Shown here: one piece after another, positions 1 through 8,509 of the stretch
How positions within the stretch are numbered: the first letter of the stretch is position 1
How the letters are laid out: each line of letters starts with the position of its first letter
Virus record (IMG/VR): IMGVR_UViG_3300045996_003062
Span: 5,551-69,550 of that record
Source: a virus
Taxonomy: Duplodnaviria > Heunggongvirae > Uroviricota > Caudoviricetes
Reading direction: 5' to 3' (one strand)
Length of the DNA stretch: 64,000 nt
The notes under the pieces: model-generated
What the model was told of the DNA's origin: nothing
Databases searched by the model: none
What the model saw: the letters and a program-made list of their open reading frames with translations, nothing else
Made by a program: the position numbers and the translations under genes

Positions 1-1
1 G

Positions 2-325
2 CTGGCGGAGCGGTCGGCGGCGGAAGAGGCCCGGGTGAAGATGCTGAAGACGCGGCTGATGTGGTTCTTCGCGGAGCACGGACTCCGGAAGTTGGACACG
101 CCGCTGTGCTCCTTCACGGTCTGCGCGAACGGCGGGTCGCTCCCGGTCCGGCTGCTGGTGGATGCCGCGGCCCTGCCGGCGGGATACCGCGACGAGGTGG
201 TGACGTGGCGCCCGCGGACGGACGACCTGCGCGCCGCGCTGGAGTCAGGCTCCGAGATCGTGGACGACGCGGGGAATCCGGTGGCGGAGTTGGGCGAGCG
301 GGGGACGCACCTCCGCATCCGGTAG
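2..325 (+). CDS. hypothetical protein, C-terminal part (start lies left of window)
   Basis: frame open from window edge to TAG 323-325; track ORF 35..325 is the in-window portion. Confidence 0.35.
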   Translation: MAERSAAEEARVKMLKTRLMWFFAEHGLRKLDTPLCSFTVCANGGSLPVRLLVDAAALPAGYRDEVVTWRPRTDDLRAALESGSEIVDDAGNPVAELGERGTHLRIR

Positions 326-584
326 GGGACGGGAGTGGTCGGAGCGGTGGACTGACTCCGGCTCCCGATGCGGCGGCCACGGAGCCGCGACAGCCGCAGG
401 GCGTAGCGCCCGCGGCCATCTACTGACCAGCAACGACGCCAGGGGGCATCCGCCATGTAAGGGGAAGACGCCGGGCTCGGCGGTAAAGGGCGCAAGGCGC
501 TCACGTCCAGGACGCGACTTTCAAAGCGAGATACGAACGACCCCTGCCGGCGGGTGAATCTGCCGACAGGGCATGGAGGGAGGA

Positions 585-716
585 GAGGGCGTCCGCGCGG
601 TGGGAACGCGCTGAACACGTCAAGGCCGGGACGCGACAGCCGGGGAGGGTGGAAACCCTCCGGAGGGCATCGCGGCGTCAACAACGGCATATGGGGTTCG
701 AATCCCCACGCCCTCT
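585..716 (+). ncRNA. tRNA-like structured RNA candidate (acceptor-like stem, D-arm, GNRA hairpin, T-arm); not a canonical tRNA
   Basis: GAGGGCG 585-591 pairs with CGCCCTC 709-715, and the helix continues outward (575-584 with 716-724); U at 592; D-stem CGCG/CGCG 594-610; hairpin with GGAA tetraloop 640-663; T-arm TGGGG-TTCGAAT-CCCCA 692-708. Confidence 0.3.
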
Positions 717-926
717 CCCTCTCCAGAACGTAGCCCGCAGGCGGCAGTAGGCCCGGCAGGGTAACGCCGGTGTCCGAAGGGCAATGCGGCCGGCAAGACC
801 AGCGAGCCGGAAGGCGGAGCGGAGCGAGCGTCGGGAAGGGGCGCCGCCACCGGAATCCGCGAGGGAAGTGCCGCCTACTCATCATCATGCGGATGGTCCC
901 GGCATCGCCTCCACGATGGCCGGCAC

Positions 927-999
927 GCTCCTGTAGCTCAGATGGCAGAGCGGGCGATTTGTAATCGCCAGGCCGTCGGTTCGATTCCGACCGGGAGCT
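927..999 (+). tRNA. tRNA-Thr (anticodon TGT)
   Basis: cloverleaf read by hand: acceptor GCTCCTG/CGGGAGC, D-arm TAGCTCAGATGGCAGAGCG, anticodon arm GGCGA-TTTGTAA-TCGCC, T-arm GTCGG-TTCGATT-CCGAC; no encoded CCA. Confidence 0.8.
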
Positions 1000-1301
1000 T
1001 TTCAGCAGACGAGACGAGGGCGCCACCGCAGCCACGCGGGACGCCCTCGAAGGAAGGACCGGACGGCTGCAACCGACCGGGTGACAGAAACCTACGCAAC
1101 CCGCGTACCCATGTCTACGCTGGCCCGTCCGTACCCGCCTCCGCAGAAGTACCCCTCGCACTACGCGCGCGCCGACGCCTGGCTCGTCGCACGTCTCGCC
1201 GAGGTGCTGCCCAGCGAGGCGCACCCGAGCGCCGACCGCTGGACGAACGAGGCCGCCGCCCGCGGGCTCGTCCTCTCCACTGCCGCCAACTGAGGCACCC
1301 C

Positions 1302-1757
1302 ATGACGCATGGGCCGAAGTTCGATCTGACCTCGTGGCAGCAGGCCGCGTTCGATGCCGGGCGGCTGACGGTGCTGCACGTCCCCATCGTCGGGCACGTC
1401 CGCATCCGCGACGGCCGAGCCTATCACCCGGCGTCGCAGCCGCACTCTCCGACGATCGCGGTCCCTCCGATCCACGGAGGGCAGGTCGCGACACTGGCGA
1501 ACCCGCGGACGGGGCGGGCGGTGACGGTGACGGTGGCCGCCGTGGTGGCGATCCCCGACAGCGACAGCATCCGGCCGGTGGCTGCGCTCGCGGCGGGCGG
1601 TAGCGCGCTCCGCCAGGAGATGCGCCTCCCGCCGACTCACCCGATCCACACGCTCTACGCTTCCGTCCTGTGGGCCGCGCACCGCACCTCGGGTCCGTGG
1701 TGGGAGATCACGCTCGTCGCGGAGGCAGGGACGGGCGACGACCCGGTGGCAGCGTGA
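1302..1757 (+). CDS. hypothetical protein
   Basis: ATG at residue 121 of track ORF 942..1757, chosen so that it does not overlap tRNA-Thr; stop overlaps next start (GTGA). Confidence 0.45.
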   Translation: MTHGPKFDLTSWQQAAFDAGRLTVLHVPIVGHVRIRDGRAYHPASQPHSPTIAVPPIHGGQVATLANPRTGRAVTVTVAAVVAIPDSDSIRPVAALAAGGSALRQEMRLPPTHPIHTLYASVLWAAHRTSGPWWEITLVAEAGTGDDPVAA

Positions 1758-2173
1758 AGCGGGGGAAGCCGCTCAAGCGCACCCCGCTCGCCAGGAAGAC
1801 GCCCCTCCGCGCCAAGCCGCCGGAGTCGGGCGAGCCGCAGAAGGCGAAGACTCGGGTGCGGGCGGTGAACCCGAAGCGGAAGGCGCAGCGGTTCGCCCGC
1901 GACTTCGGGGACCACGCGGACTTCATCCGCTCCCTGCCCTGCGTCGTCGGCGCCGGGTGCACGGGTGGGATCGAGGCGCACCACGAGCCGCCGCGGGGAT
2001 CGGGAGGACGGAGGTCGGACCTGGTGCCGGTCTGCACGGGGCACCACCGGGAGCGACACAGCAAGGGGCGACCCGCGTTCGAGCTACGGTACGGGCTGGA
2101 CCTGAAGGCGACAGCCGCGCGGCTCTGGGGTGTGAGCCCGCACAACGACGACAGCATGGGGAGGGCAGCGTGA
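1754..2173 (+). CDS. HNH endonuclease (basic N-terminus, HNH core GIEAHHEPPRG...CTGHHRERH)
   Basis: GTG start coupled to upstream stop; conserved His/Asn/His and Cys pattern of HNH nucleases. Confidence 0.7.
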   Translation: MKRGKPLKRTPLARKTPLRAKPPESGEPQKAKTRVRAVNPKRKAQRFARDFGDHADFIRSLPCVVGAGCTGGIEAHHEPPRGSGGRRSDLVPVCTGHHRERHSKGRPAFELRYGLDLKATAARLWGVSPHNDDSMGRAA

Positions 2174-2400
2174 GGGGCGACTTTGAGGGTTTCCTGAGCG
2201 GGTTTTTCATTGCCGCGCTCGTCGGGATCGGCCTGATGATGCTTGTGTGGTCGGCGGGCCGAGCGTCGGTGCACCGGCAGGTGTGCGAGGGCGCTGGTGG
2301 TGCGTGGTCCAGCGACGGGGTCCGCCTCTACGGCGACAGCCTCACCCACTGCATTCGCGTCCCTGCGCCGACGGCTGATTCCGCGGAGGTGGCCCAATGA
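2170..2400 (+). CDS. small membrane protein
   Basis: GTG start overlapping HNH stop; one predicted TM helix (FFIAALVGIGLMMLVW). Confidence 0.3.
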   Translation: MRGDFEGFLSGFFIAALVGIGLMMLVWSAGRASVHRQVCEGAGGAWSSDGVRLYGDSLTHCIRVPAPTADSAEVAQ

Positions 2401-2521
2401 GCACCCGGGCCGAGATGATCCTCATCGTGGCTGCGCTCTTCGTCGCCTTCGGTGGCGGCACGGTGGCGGGTCTGCTCATCGCCCACGTTCCCCCGCGGGT
2501 GTGCGTCGCGGAGGCGGTCCA

Positions 2522-2761
2522 GTGAGCGCCGAGCCCGGCTTCAACCTGTGCGCGTCCGACGCCCTCTCGGTTCTCCGCCTGCTGGCGCAGGGCCACGAGG
2601 ACGAGGTGCGGATCGCGGCCGGTGAGATCCCGGCGCCGGAGCCTCAGCTCCGCGTCCAGCCGGGTCGCACGGCCATCCTCCTCCGGTCCGCGATCACGGC
2701 GCTCGCCGCCGAGCTGGCTGAGCAGGACGCCGCACTTTCAACGCTGAGGGCCACGCGATGA
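2522..2761 (+). CDS. hypothetical protein
   Basis: GTG start overlapping the stop of a 42 aa TM ORF (2397..2525); in frame with track ORF 2243..2761. Confidence 0.3.
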   Translation: MSAEPGFNLCASDALSVLRLLAQGHEDEVRIAAGEIPAPEPQLRVQPGRTAILLRSAITALAAELAEQDAALSTLRATR

Positions 2762-3021
2762 GCGACATCAAGCGCGACCCCGCGATGGACGTCGCGGTGG
2801 AACTGGCGGACCTTCGGGTCGGCGCGGAGATCCGGCTCGCGGAAATCATCCTCGCCGCGCGCAAGCTGCTGGACGCCCGCGAGGCGCACGCAAGGGCCCG
2901 GGCCTCCCACACGGCCAAGCCCACGACGGCGACGCGTACGGCGATGGTGGACGCGGCTACCGCCGAGCGCGAGGCCGCCACGATGCTGGGCCACCTGACC
3001 CGAGCCCGGGAGGAAATGTGA
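2758..3021 (+). CDS. hypothetical protein
   Basis: ATGA overlap with upstream stop; track ORF. Confidence 0.45.
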   Translation: MSDIKRDPAMDVAVELADLRVGAEIRLAEIILAARKLLDAREAHARARASHTAKPTTATRTAMVDAATAEREAATMLGHLTRAREEM

Positions 3022-3287
3022 CAACAGAACCTGCGGCCGACGGCGCGTTCCTCGGCCTTATGCTGGTGATCGTCGCGACGGCAGCGTTCGTCGCCGGGAG
3101 CCCGAAGGGTCGTGGGATGCGCGGTCGCCGCCCCGGGCCGCTCGTCCGCCTGGCCGCCGCCATCCGCTTCACGCTGCTGGGCGACCCGCACGCCTGGTAC
3201 AAGGAGCGCCGCGAGCGCGAGCGCGAGGAGCGGCGTCGGCTGGGCACCTGCTGGCGTCCGCAGTCCCAGCGCCGGAGCGCCGCCTGA
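3018..3287 (+). CDS. membrane protein
   Basis: TM helix LGLMLVIVATAAFVA; start/stop coupled. Confidence 0.45.
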   Translation: MTTEPAADGAFLGLMLVIVATAAFVAGSPKGRGMRGRRPGPLVRLAAAIRFTLLGDPHAWYKERREREREERRRLGTCWRPQSQRRSAA

Positions 3288-3499
3288 TGCGCCCCCGCAC
3301 CCGCGACCCGCACCTCTGGGTGGTGCAGCCTCCGCCGGCCGAGACGGGCGACCCGGTGAAGAACGACCCGGCGTGGCGTCTCCACAGCAGGACGACAGGA
3401 CGGCGCATCCGCTGGACCGTGCCGGTGGTGAGCGACGACGACCTGGCGGCGCTGGACGGGCTGCCCAGCGGGCTCCACGAGACGAGGAGGGTCGCATGA
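3287..3499 (+). CDS. hypothetical protein
   Basis: track ORF, coupled to neighbours. Confidence 0.4.
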   Translation: MRPRTRDPHLWVVQPPPAETGDPVKNDPAWRLHSRTTGRRIRWTVPVVSDDDLAALDGLPSGLHETRRVA

Positions 3500-3882
3500 T
3501 GAGTAGCGACAGCGCGCCTGCCGGATGCGTGTGGCTGCTGATCGTGAGTGTCGTCGCCGGGTGCGTCCTTCTCGCGAGCGACTGCGCGGGCGGGTCTTCC
3601 CACACCGCCGACGGAGTCGTCCTTGGGCGAGCGCACGTCCCCGCTCATACGACGGTCGCGACCCAGTGCATCAGCTCGGGCAACTCGACGAGCTGCCTCC
3701 CGGTCGTGACGTACCACCCCGCGCTGTGGGAGGTGTTCGTGTCCTGCAATGGGCACGACGCGGAAGTGGAGAACAAGGACGCCTTCCACCGCCTGAAGGA
3801 CGGGGCGCGCGTGCGGGTTTCGTACACGGCGGGGCGCTGGACGGGGGAGCACTACGACCACCACTTCACGTCCGACTGGTGA
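3496..3882 (+). CDS. membrane-anchored/secreted protein (signal-anchor, Cys-rich)
   Basis: ATG at residue 129 of track ORF 3112..3882; N-terminal hydrophobic segment CVWLLIVSVVAGCVLLASDC. Confidence 0.5.
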   Translation: MMSSDSAPAGCVWLLIVSVVAGCVLLASDCAGGSSHTADGVVLGRAHVPAHTTVATQCISSGNSTSCLPVVTYHPALWEVFVSCNGHDAEVENKDAFHRLKDGARVRVSYTAGRWTGEHYDHHFTSDW

Positions 3883-3889
3883 GGGCACC

Positions 3890-5383
3890 GTGCAATTCGA
3901 TCTGAGTAGCTACGCGCAGGTGGCAGACCGCCTGGTGGAGTTTTACAAGCTCTTCCCGGACGGCTCCATCCGCACGTCGATCGTGAAGGACGAGGACGGC
4001 GAGGTGGTGATCCGGGCCAAGGTCTACCGCACCCGCGAGGACGTGCGCGACGGCGTGTACACCAGCGGCTTCGCCCGCGAGGTGGAGGGGAAGACGCCCG
4101 TCAATCGCACGTCTCATGTGGAGAACTGCGTTCCCCTGTCCGTGCCCGCGCTGACCCGTCTCGGCTGGAGGTTTTACCACCAGCTTCGTGTAGGTGAGGA
4201 GGTCCTGACCTACAACGTTGGCACCGGAGTGATGGAGTGGCGACCTCTCCTGGCAGTGACGGAGTTCGGGAAGCGGGCGCTCGTGCGGATCGGCAACTCC
4301 CGGTTCTCCGCCGACTGCACCCCCGAGCACAGGTGGGTCATCAACGGTCGCCTGATGGAGTGGCGTTCCGCCTGCATCGGGCGAGGGGGCCAGAAGATCA
4401 CGATCGCTGCCCGACTCGCAGAGTCGGAGATGGGGAACGTCGAGGACGCCGCGCGCTTGGGCTGGATCTTCGGTGACTGCACGATCGGCTACAGCAACGG
4501 CCTTCCATCTCGTGCGACGGTGGTGCAGTCCAAGCCGCAGTACTTCGAGGAACTGGATGCGCTGTTCGGCGAGCGCCACCTGAAGGCGGCTGCGGGCATG
4601 CGGGACTGGGGTGCGGGGCTCCCCGCGAGCGCAGTGCTGCCCGGATACGGATGGGCCGTGCCCGCAGCCACGATCCGTCGCGTCCTCGGGAGGTACGGCA
4701 TCGCTGGGGAGCGCGATCTCGTGCAGGCCGTATGCCGAATGACGAGTGCTGAACTGGACGCGTTCCTCGACGGGATGCTGAAGTCCGACGGATCTCGGGG
4801 CGTCTACGCGAAGACCAGCCCCGATCTCTGCGAGGCGGTGCAGCTCGCGATGTTCCTTACGGGCCACGCGACGGGTGCCATCACTGAGCGCGCGGCTGGT
4901 CCGCTGACTACGAAGCCGTGCTACACCGTACCCATGCACCGGACGGGGGCGAAGTACCTGTCGGAGTTCACGGAGGAGACGATCCCGCCCCAGCAGGTGT
5001 GGTGCCCCACGACCGAGAACGGCACGTGGGTCGGCAGGTTCAACGGGCGACCTGCGATCACGGGCAACTGCGAGACGAGCGCGATCGGCCGGGCCCTCGC
5101 CAACCTCGGTTTCGCTGCGAGCACCAAGCGCCCCAGCCGCACCGAGATGGAGAAGACGCAGCGCCAGACGGCCGACCACGATAGCTACCTCGCCTACATC
5201 CGCTCGGCCTCGGAGCAGGGCGGCGCGGATCTGATGGTCGACGTGAGCGGACGGAGCCTCGCCCTCCAGGAGTACGTGAAGGAGATGTGGCGGAAGGCGA
5301 AGGAGCGCATCCAGGTCGCCAAGCAGCTTGCCGCGGTGGTTGAGCGCGCGACCGGCATTCCGCTGCACGAGGAGGCCGCGTGA
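3890..5383 (+). CDS. Rad52-like single-strand annealing protein interrupted by an intein
   Basis: GTG start with GAGGG RBS; the two exteins join to ...TSHVEN|CETSAIGRALANLGF, which resembles the Rad52/Sak annealing motif; the middle 314 aa have intein hallmarks. Confidence 0.6.
   Translation: MQFDLSSYAQVADRLVEFYKLFPDGSIRTSIVKDEDGEVVIRAKVYRTREDVRDGVYTSGFAREVEGKTPVNRTSHVENCVPLSVPALTRLGWRFYHQLRVGEEVLTYNVGTGVMEWRPLLAVTEFGKRALVRIGNSRFSADCTPEHRWVINGRLMEWRSACIGRGGQKITIAARLAESEMGNVEDAARLGWIFGDCTIGYSNGLPSRATVVQSKPQYFEELDALFGERHLKAAAGMRDWGAGLPASAVLPGYGWAVPAATIRRVLGRYGIAGERDLVQAVCRMTSAELDAFLDGMLKSDGSRGVYAKTSPDLCEAVQLAMFLTGHATGAITERAAGPLTTKPCYTVPMHRTGAKYLSEFTEETIPPQQVWCPTTENGTWVGRFNGRPAITGNCETSAIGRALANLGFAASTKRPSRTEMEKTQRQTADHDSYLAYIRSASEQGGADLMVDVSGRSLALQEYVKEMWRKAKERIQVAKQLAAVVERATGIPLHEEAA
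4127..5068 (+). other. intein with LAGLIDADG homing endonuclease domain (residues 80-393 of the SSAP ORF)
   Basis: N-terminal Cys (CVPLSVPALTRLGW), block B TPEH, two LAGLIDADG-like motifs (LGWIFGDCTIG, LDAFLDGMLKSDGS), C-terminal ...ITGN followed by the +1 Cys. Confidence 0.55.
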
Positions 5384-5886
5384 GCGCCCTCCTCCGCTCC
5401 GTGGAGAACGAAATGCGCCGGCGTCGGGAGCGCCACGCCGCGGAATACCCTGGCCTGGAGCTGTCGAAGGCCGTGCCGTCGGGTGACCGCGGTGAGATGC
5501 GCGTGGTGGCCGAAGGGCGCTGGCCGGCGCGTGATCCCCGGTGGTACCGGCTCGCCGTCGCGCAGGCCGTCCTCCGACTCCGCCGGCAGAAGGACGTCAC
5601 GCACATCCCCGTGGGCTCGGTGGTGGTCATCCACTACGCGAGGCCGTCGAAGAACCAGCCGATCGACCTCCGCACCGGTCCGGTGTCCCCGACGCGGCGG
5701 CGGGTGGCGCGCGGCCCGACCGCGGCCGTCCCAGAGAAGGTGCACACGCCGGTCAAGCGCGCTCCGCTCCGGCCGGAGGACCGCATGCGGATCGCCGCCG
5801 ACCGGGGCGTCCCGGCCGCGCCCGTCCTCCCGCCGCCGGTTGTGGATCGCCGGGGACAGTTCTGTCTCTTCGCAGAGGCCGCCTGA
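5380..5886 (+). CDS. hypothetical protein
   Basis: GTG start overlapping upstream stop. Confidence 0.4.
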   Translation: MSALLRSVENEMRRRRERHAAEYPGLELSKAVPSGDRGEMRVVAEGRWPARDPRWYRLAVAQAVLRLRRQKDVTHIPVGSVVVIHYARPSKNQPIDLRTGPVSPTRRRVARGPTAAVPEKVHTPVKRAPLRPEDRMRIAADRGVPAAPVLPPPVVDRRGQFCLFAEAA

Positions 5887-6089
5887 TGTCGAGCGATTCG
5901 CAGTCCCGCGGCTGGCACTTCTTCCACCGCATGGACGTGGTGCGCGGAGAGGCGGGACGTACCGGCCTGGTGCTGGAGGCGGGCGCCCTGTACGCCTCCA
6001 TCCGGTGGTTCGACACCGGCGAGGTGACGTCGGTCGAGCAGCACGACCCCACGGTGTGGATCACGGGTGAGAAGGAGGAGGCGGCATGA
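5886..6089 (+). CDS. small hypothetical protein
   Basis: ATG at residue 116 of track ORF 5541..6089, overlapping upstream stop. Confidence 0.35.
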   Translation: MSSDSQSRGWHFFHRMDVVRGEAGRTGLVLEAGALYASIRWFDTGEVTSVEQHDPTVWITGEKEEAA

Positions 6090-6643
6090 CGACGGACGGA
6101 GTCACAGCCAGGGTGACTACGCGGCCCATCCCAGGGGCCAGCGGGAAGTACGAAGCCGGGGATGACGGGGGCATTTACTGCTACTCCCGTGCGCGGTGCA
6201 ACGCAAAGAAGCCGTACCCGTTTCGACTGGCGGTGTCGCTTCCCCGGGACGGATACCCTCACGTCGCGATCCTGCTCGGCGGCAAGCGGGTCACTAAGGC
6301 CGTGCACACCTTGGTCTGCACCGCTTTCCACGGGCAGAAACCCTCACCCATCCACGAAGTCCGCCATCTTGATGGCGACCGGATGAATAGCCGTCCTTCC
6401 AACCTTTGCTGGGGCACGCCATCGGAGAACGAGGCCGATAAGCGGAGGCACGGCCGTGTAGCGGAGGGCGAGAGGCATGGTAACGCGCGATTGAACGACG
6501 AGGCAGTGCGGATTCTGCGAATCGCGATTCCGGACGGTCGTTGGAACGCGGTAGACGCCGCAGCCGTCTTCGGGGTGGACCCCTCAACGATCCGTCGGAT
6601 CGTCGCCGGTCGCGATTGGCGTAGCGTGGAGGTCGCCGCATGA
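6086..6643 (+). CDS. HNH homing endonuclease (HNH_3 type with AP2/NUMOD-like C-terminus)
   Basis: RBS GAAGGAGGAG; motif HTLVCTAFHG...HEVRHLDGDRMNSRPSNLCWGTPSEN. Confidence 0.7.
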   Translation: MTTDGVTARVTTRPIPGASGKYEAGDDGGIYCYSRARCNAKKPYPFRLAVSLPRDGYPHVAILLGGKRVTKAVHTLVCTAFHGQKPSPIHEVRHLDGDRMNSRPSNLCWGTPSENEADKRRHGRVAEGERHGNARLNDEAVRILRIAIPDGRWNAVDAAAVFGVDPSTIRRIVAGRDWRSVEVAA

Positions 6644-7410
6644 CGCGCCGAAGCCCCCGCGAGCGCGCCCTCCGCTTCCGCGGTCCCCACGCTGACGAGC
6701 TGGTGCGAGGGCTGATTGCAGGTACGGTGACGCAGATCCGGGAGCCGGTGTTGCCATGGACGCGCAAGGGCGGCGAGACGTGGGTGGCGGACTGGCAGGA
6801 CCGGGCGTTCGCCGACAGCGGCTACCTGAGCGAGGGTGAGCAGTACGTGCGCGCTCCGTTCGCCTGGGCCGACCCCGCGGACGGCGAGGGCGTCGACCGC
6901 ATCTTCGCCCCGTGGTCGGTCGGCGAGCGCCGATGGCTACAGGAGGCGCACAGGCGCCGCGACACGGGGAAGCCAGCAGCAGACCGGCCGAAGGCGGGGG
7001 CGTCCGTGCCATGGGAGCACTTCGAGCGCGAGATCGTGTACCGCGCCGACGGCTCGGTCCGCCGTCAGGTCGTGACGCTGGACGACTGGCGAGTCGGTGA
7101 CGAGCCGTGCCGCGAGTGCGCCTGCACGTACTGGCTCCCGGCCGGCAGGATGCCGCGCCTCGCGTCTCGCTGGATCGGCGAGGTGGTGAGCGTCCGGGCG
7201 CAACGGCTGGGGGACGCAACCGAGGGCGACGCTGTAGCCGAAGGGTGCTCGGCGCGGACGTGGATGTACGAAACCGAATTCGGAACGGAGTACGAAGGCG
7301 AGCCGGCCGGCGCCGATCTGGTTGACCGGTGGGACCACACCTTCCCCGCATGTCCCGCGGCGGGCAACCCCTGGACGTTCGTCGCGACCCTGCGTCGCGT
7401 GGAGGACTGA
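6640..7410 (+). CDS. hypothetical protein
   Basis: track ORF, coupled start. Confidence 0.45.
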   Translation: MTRRSPRERALRFRGPHADELVRGLIAGTVTQIREPVLPWTRKGGETWVADWQDRAFADSGYLSEGEQYVRAPFAWADPADGEGVDRIFAPWSVGERRWLQEAHRRRDTGKPAADRPKAGASVPWEHFEREIVYRADGSVRRQVVTLDDWRVGDEPCRECACTYWLPAGRMPRLASRWIGEVVSVRAQRLGDATEGDAVAEGCSARTWMYETEFGTEYEGEPAGADLVDRWDHTFPACPAAGNPWTFVATLRRVED

Positions 7411-7414
7411 ACCG

Positions 7415-7645
7415 ATGGGATACTTCAGCAACGGTACCGAGGGGGAGGGCTTCGAGGAGGTGGTGTGCCGCCGCTGCACCCACTTCAAGGAGCCCGAGGA
7501 CGGGACGTGCCCCGTATGGACGGCTCATCTGCTGTTCAACAACGACCAGCACGAGAACGCCGTTGTTGAGCAGATACTGTCGCTGCTGATTCCGCTAACG
7601 GGGCAGTGGTACGAGTGCGCCATGTTCGTGGAGCGCGCCGCTTGA
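7415..7645 (+). CDS. small Cys-containing protein
   Basis: ATG at residue 32 of track ORF 7322..7645. Confidence 0.4.
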   Translation: MGYFSNGTEGEGFEEVVCRRCTHFKEPEDGTCPVWTAHLLFNNDQHENAVVEQILSLLIPLTGQWYECAMFVERAA

Positions 7646-7910
7646 ACGCCCCGCCCCCGCCCGGCGGCTTCCGCCTCCACCTGGATCCGGACTGCACCGG
7701 GACGTGGAGACGAGAGGTGGTCCCCGCGATGAACGCCCTCGTGCTGTCGGAGGACTGGACCTGCGCAGTGTGCGGGGCCCAGCACGCCAACGTCGAAGGA
7801 CCGGCGAGGGACGCACTGAGCCTGGAGAACCGGATCGGCTGGTCGGCGGAGGCCCTGAGCCGGAAGGGGCGGGCGCTGGTGAACGTGAGCATCCCACGTC
7901 GGAGGTGCGC

Positions 7911-8090
7911 GTGAGACACGTATGCGGGTGCGGACGCCCCGCGCTCTACCGACGCACCAAGAGCAGGAAGCCGCGGGCGTCCGCCGACCACGACCTGTGC
8001 CGCCGCTGCTGGCGTGCTACCCTGGATCGTGAGTACGCCCGGAGACGAGCAGTAGCCGCAGGGACGACGACGTACCGACTGGCCGCCTGA
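7911..8090 (+). CDS. small zinc-ribbon protein
   Basis: GTG start; CGCG...CRRC motif. Confidence 0.3.
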   Translation: MRHVCGCGRPALYRRTKSRKPRASADHDLCRRCWRATLDREYARRRAVAAGTTTYRLAA

Positions 8091-8119
8091 GACGACGCAT
8101 AACCGACGAGGGACGCACG

Positions 8120-8509
8120 ATGGGACGCAAGCCGCAGCAACGAGGGGAGAGGCCGGAGACGCTGGCGGAGCTTCCGACATGGTTCCGCGAGCGGGCGGCC
8201 GAGCTCGCCGTGTACGCCCCCGTCGCGGCGCACGCGTTCATCGAGGCGGCCGAGGCGGCCGATCTGGTCCTCCGCCGGTACAACGAGGAGCCGCTGACGC
8301 CGGCGCAGGCTGAGGCTGAGCACCTGTGCGACGCGGAGACGCTTCGCCGGGCGGTGCGCGAAGGGCGCGCCGAAAACGTCGGGACGCCGGGCGCCATCCG
8401 GGTCCCCCGGGCTCAGGTGCCCCGCGGCCGGAAGGCGGGGACGGCGGCCCAGCGCCTCGCCGCGCGTCATCGGCAGGTCGCGCTCCCGGGCGAGAAGGCG
8501 GCGGCCTGA
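8120..8509 (+). CDS. excisionase-like DNA-binding protein
   Basis: immediately upstream of int with ATGA overlap; C-terminal segment LTPAQAEAEHLCDAETLRRAVREGRAENVGTPGAIRVPRAQV fits excisionase-type HTH spacing. Confidence 0.4.
   Translation: MGRKPQQRGERPETLAELPTWFRERAAELAVYAPVAAHAFIEAAEAADLVLRRYNEEPLTPAQAEAEHLCDAETLRRAVREGRAENVGTPGAIRVPRAQVPRGRKAGTAAQRLAARHRQVALPGEKAAA

Noticed and set aside
575-725. tmRNA (ssrA) or retron ncRNA
   Set aside because: It is too short for a tmRNA. There is no tag reading frame ending in a stop and no pseudoknots, so it is not a tmRNA. There is no reverse transcriptase gene downstream, so it is not a retron. It is kept only as a tRNA-like RNA candidate.
927-999. 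tRNA-Thr as the prophage integration site
   Set aside because: Its 3' segment (GGTTCGATTCCGACCGGGAGC) is not repeated anywhere else in the window. The int-adjacent tRNA fragment has a different T-arm.
3866-5368. Long minus-strand ORFs in the track (for example 3866..5368, 12268..14391, 34918..37095, 39352..41562, 51785..52999, 53458..55461)
   Set aside because: They run antisense to + strand genes that have clear motifs (intein/SSAP, terminase, capsid, tape measure). Their products are Arg/Gly/Pro-rich low-complexity strings of the kind expected by chance in high-GC DNA, and they lack ribosome-binding sites and operon logic.
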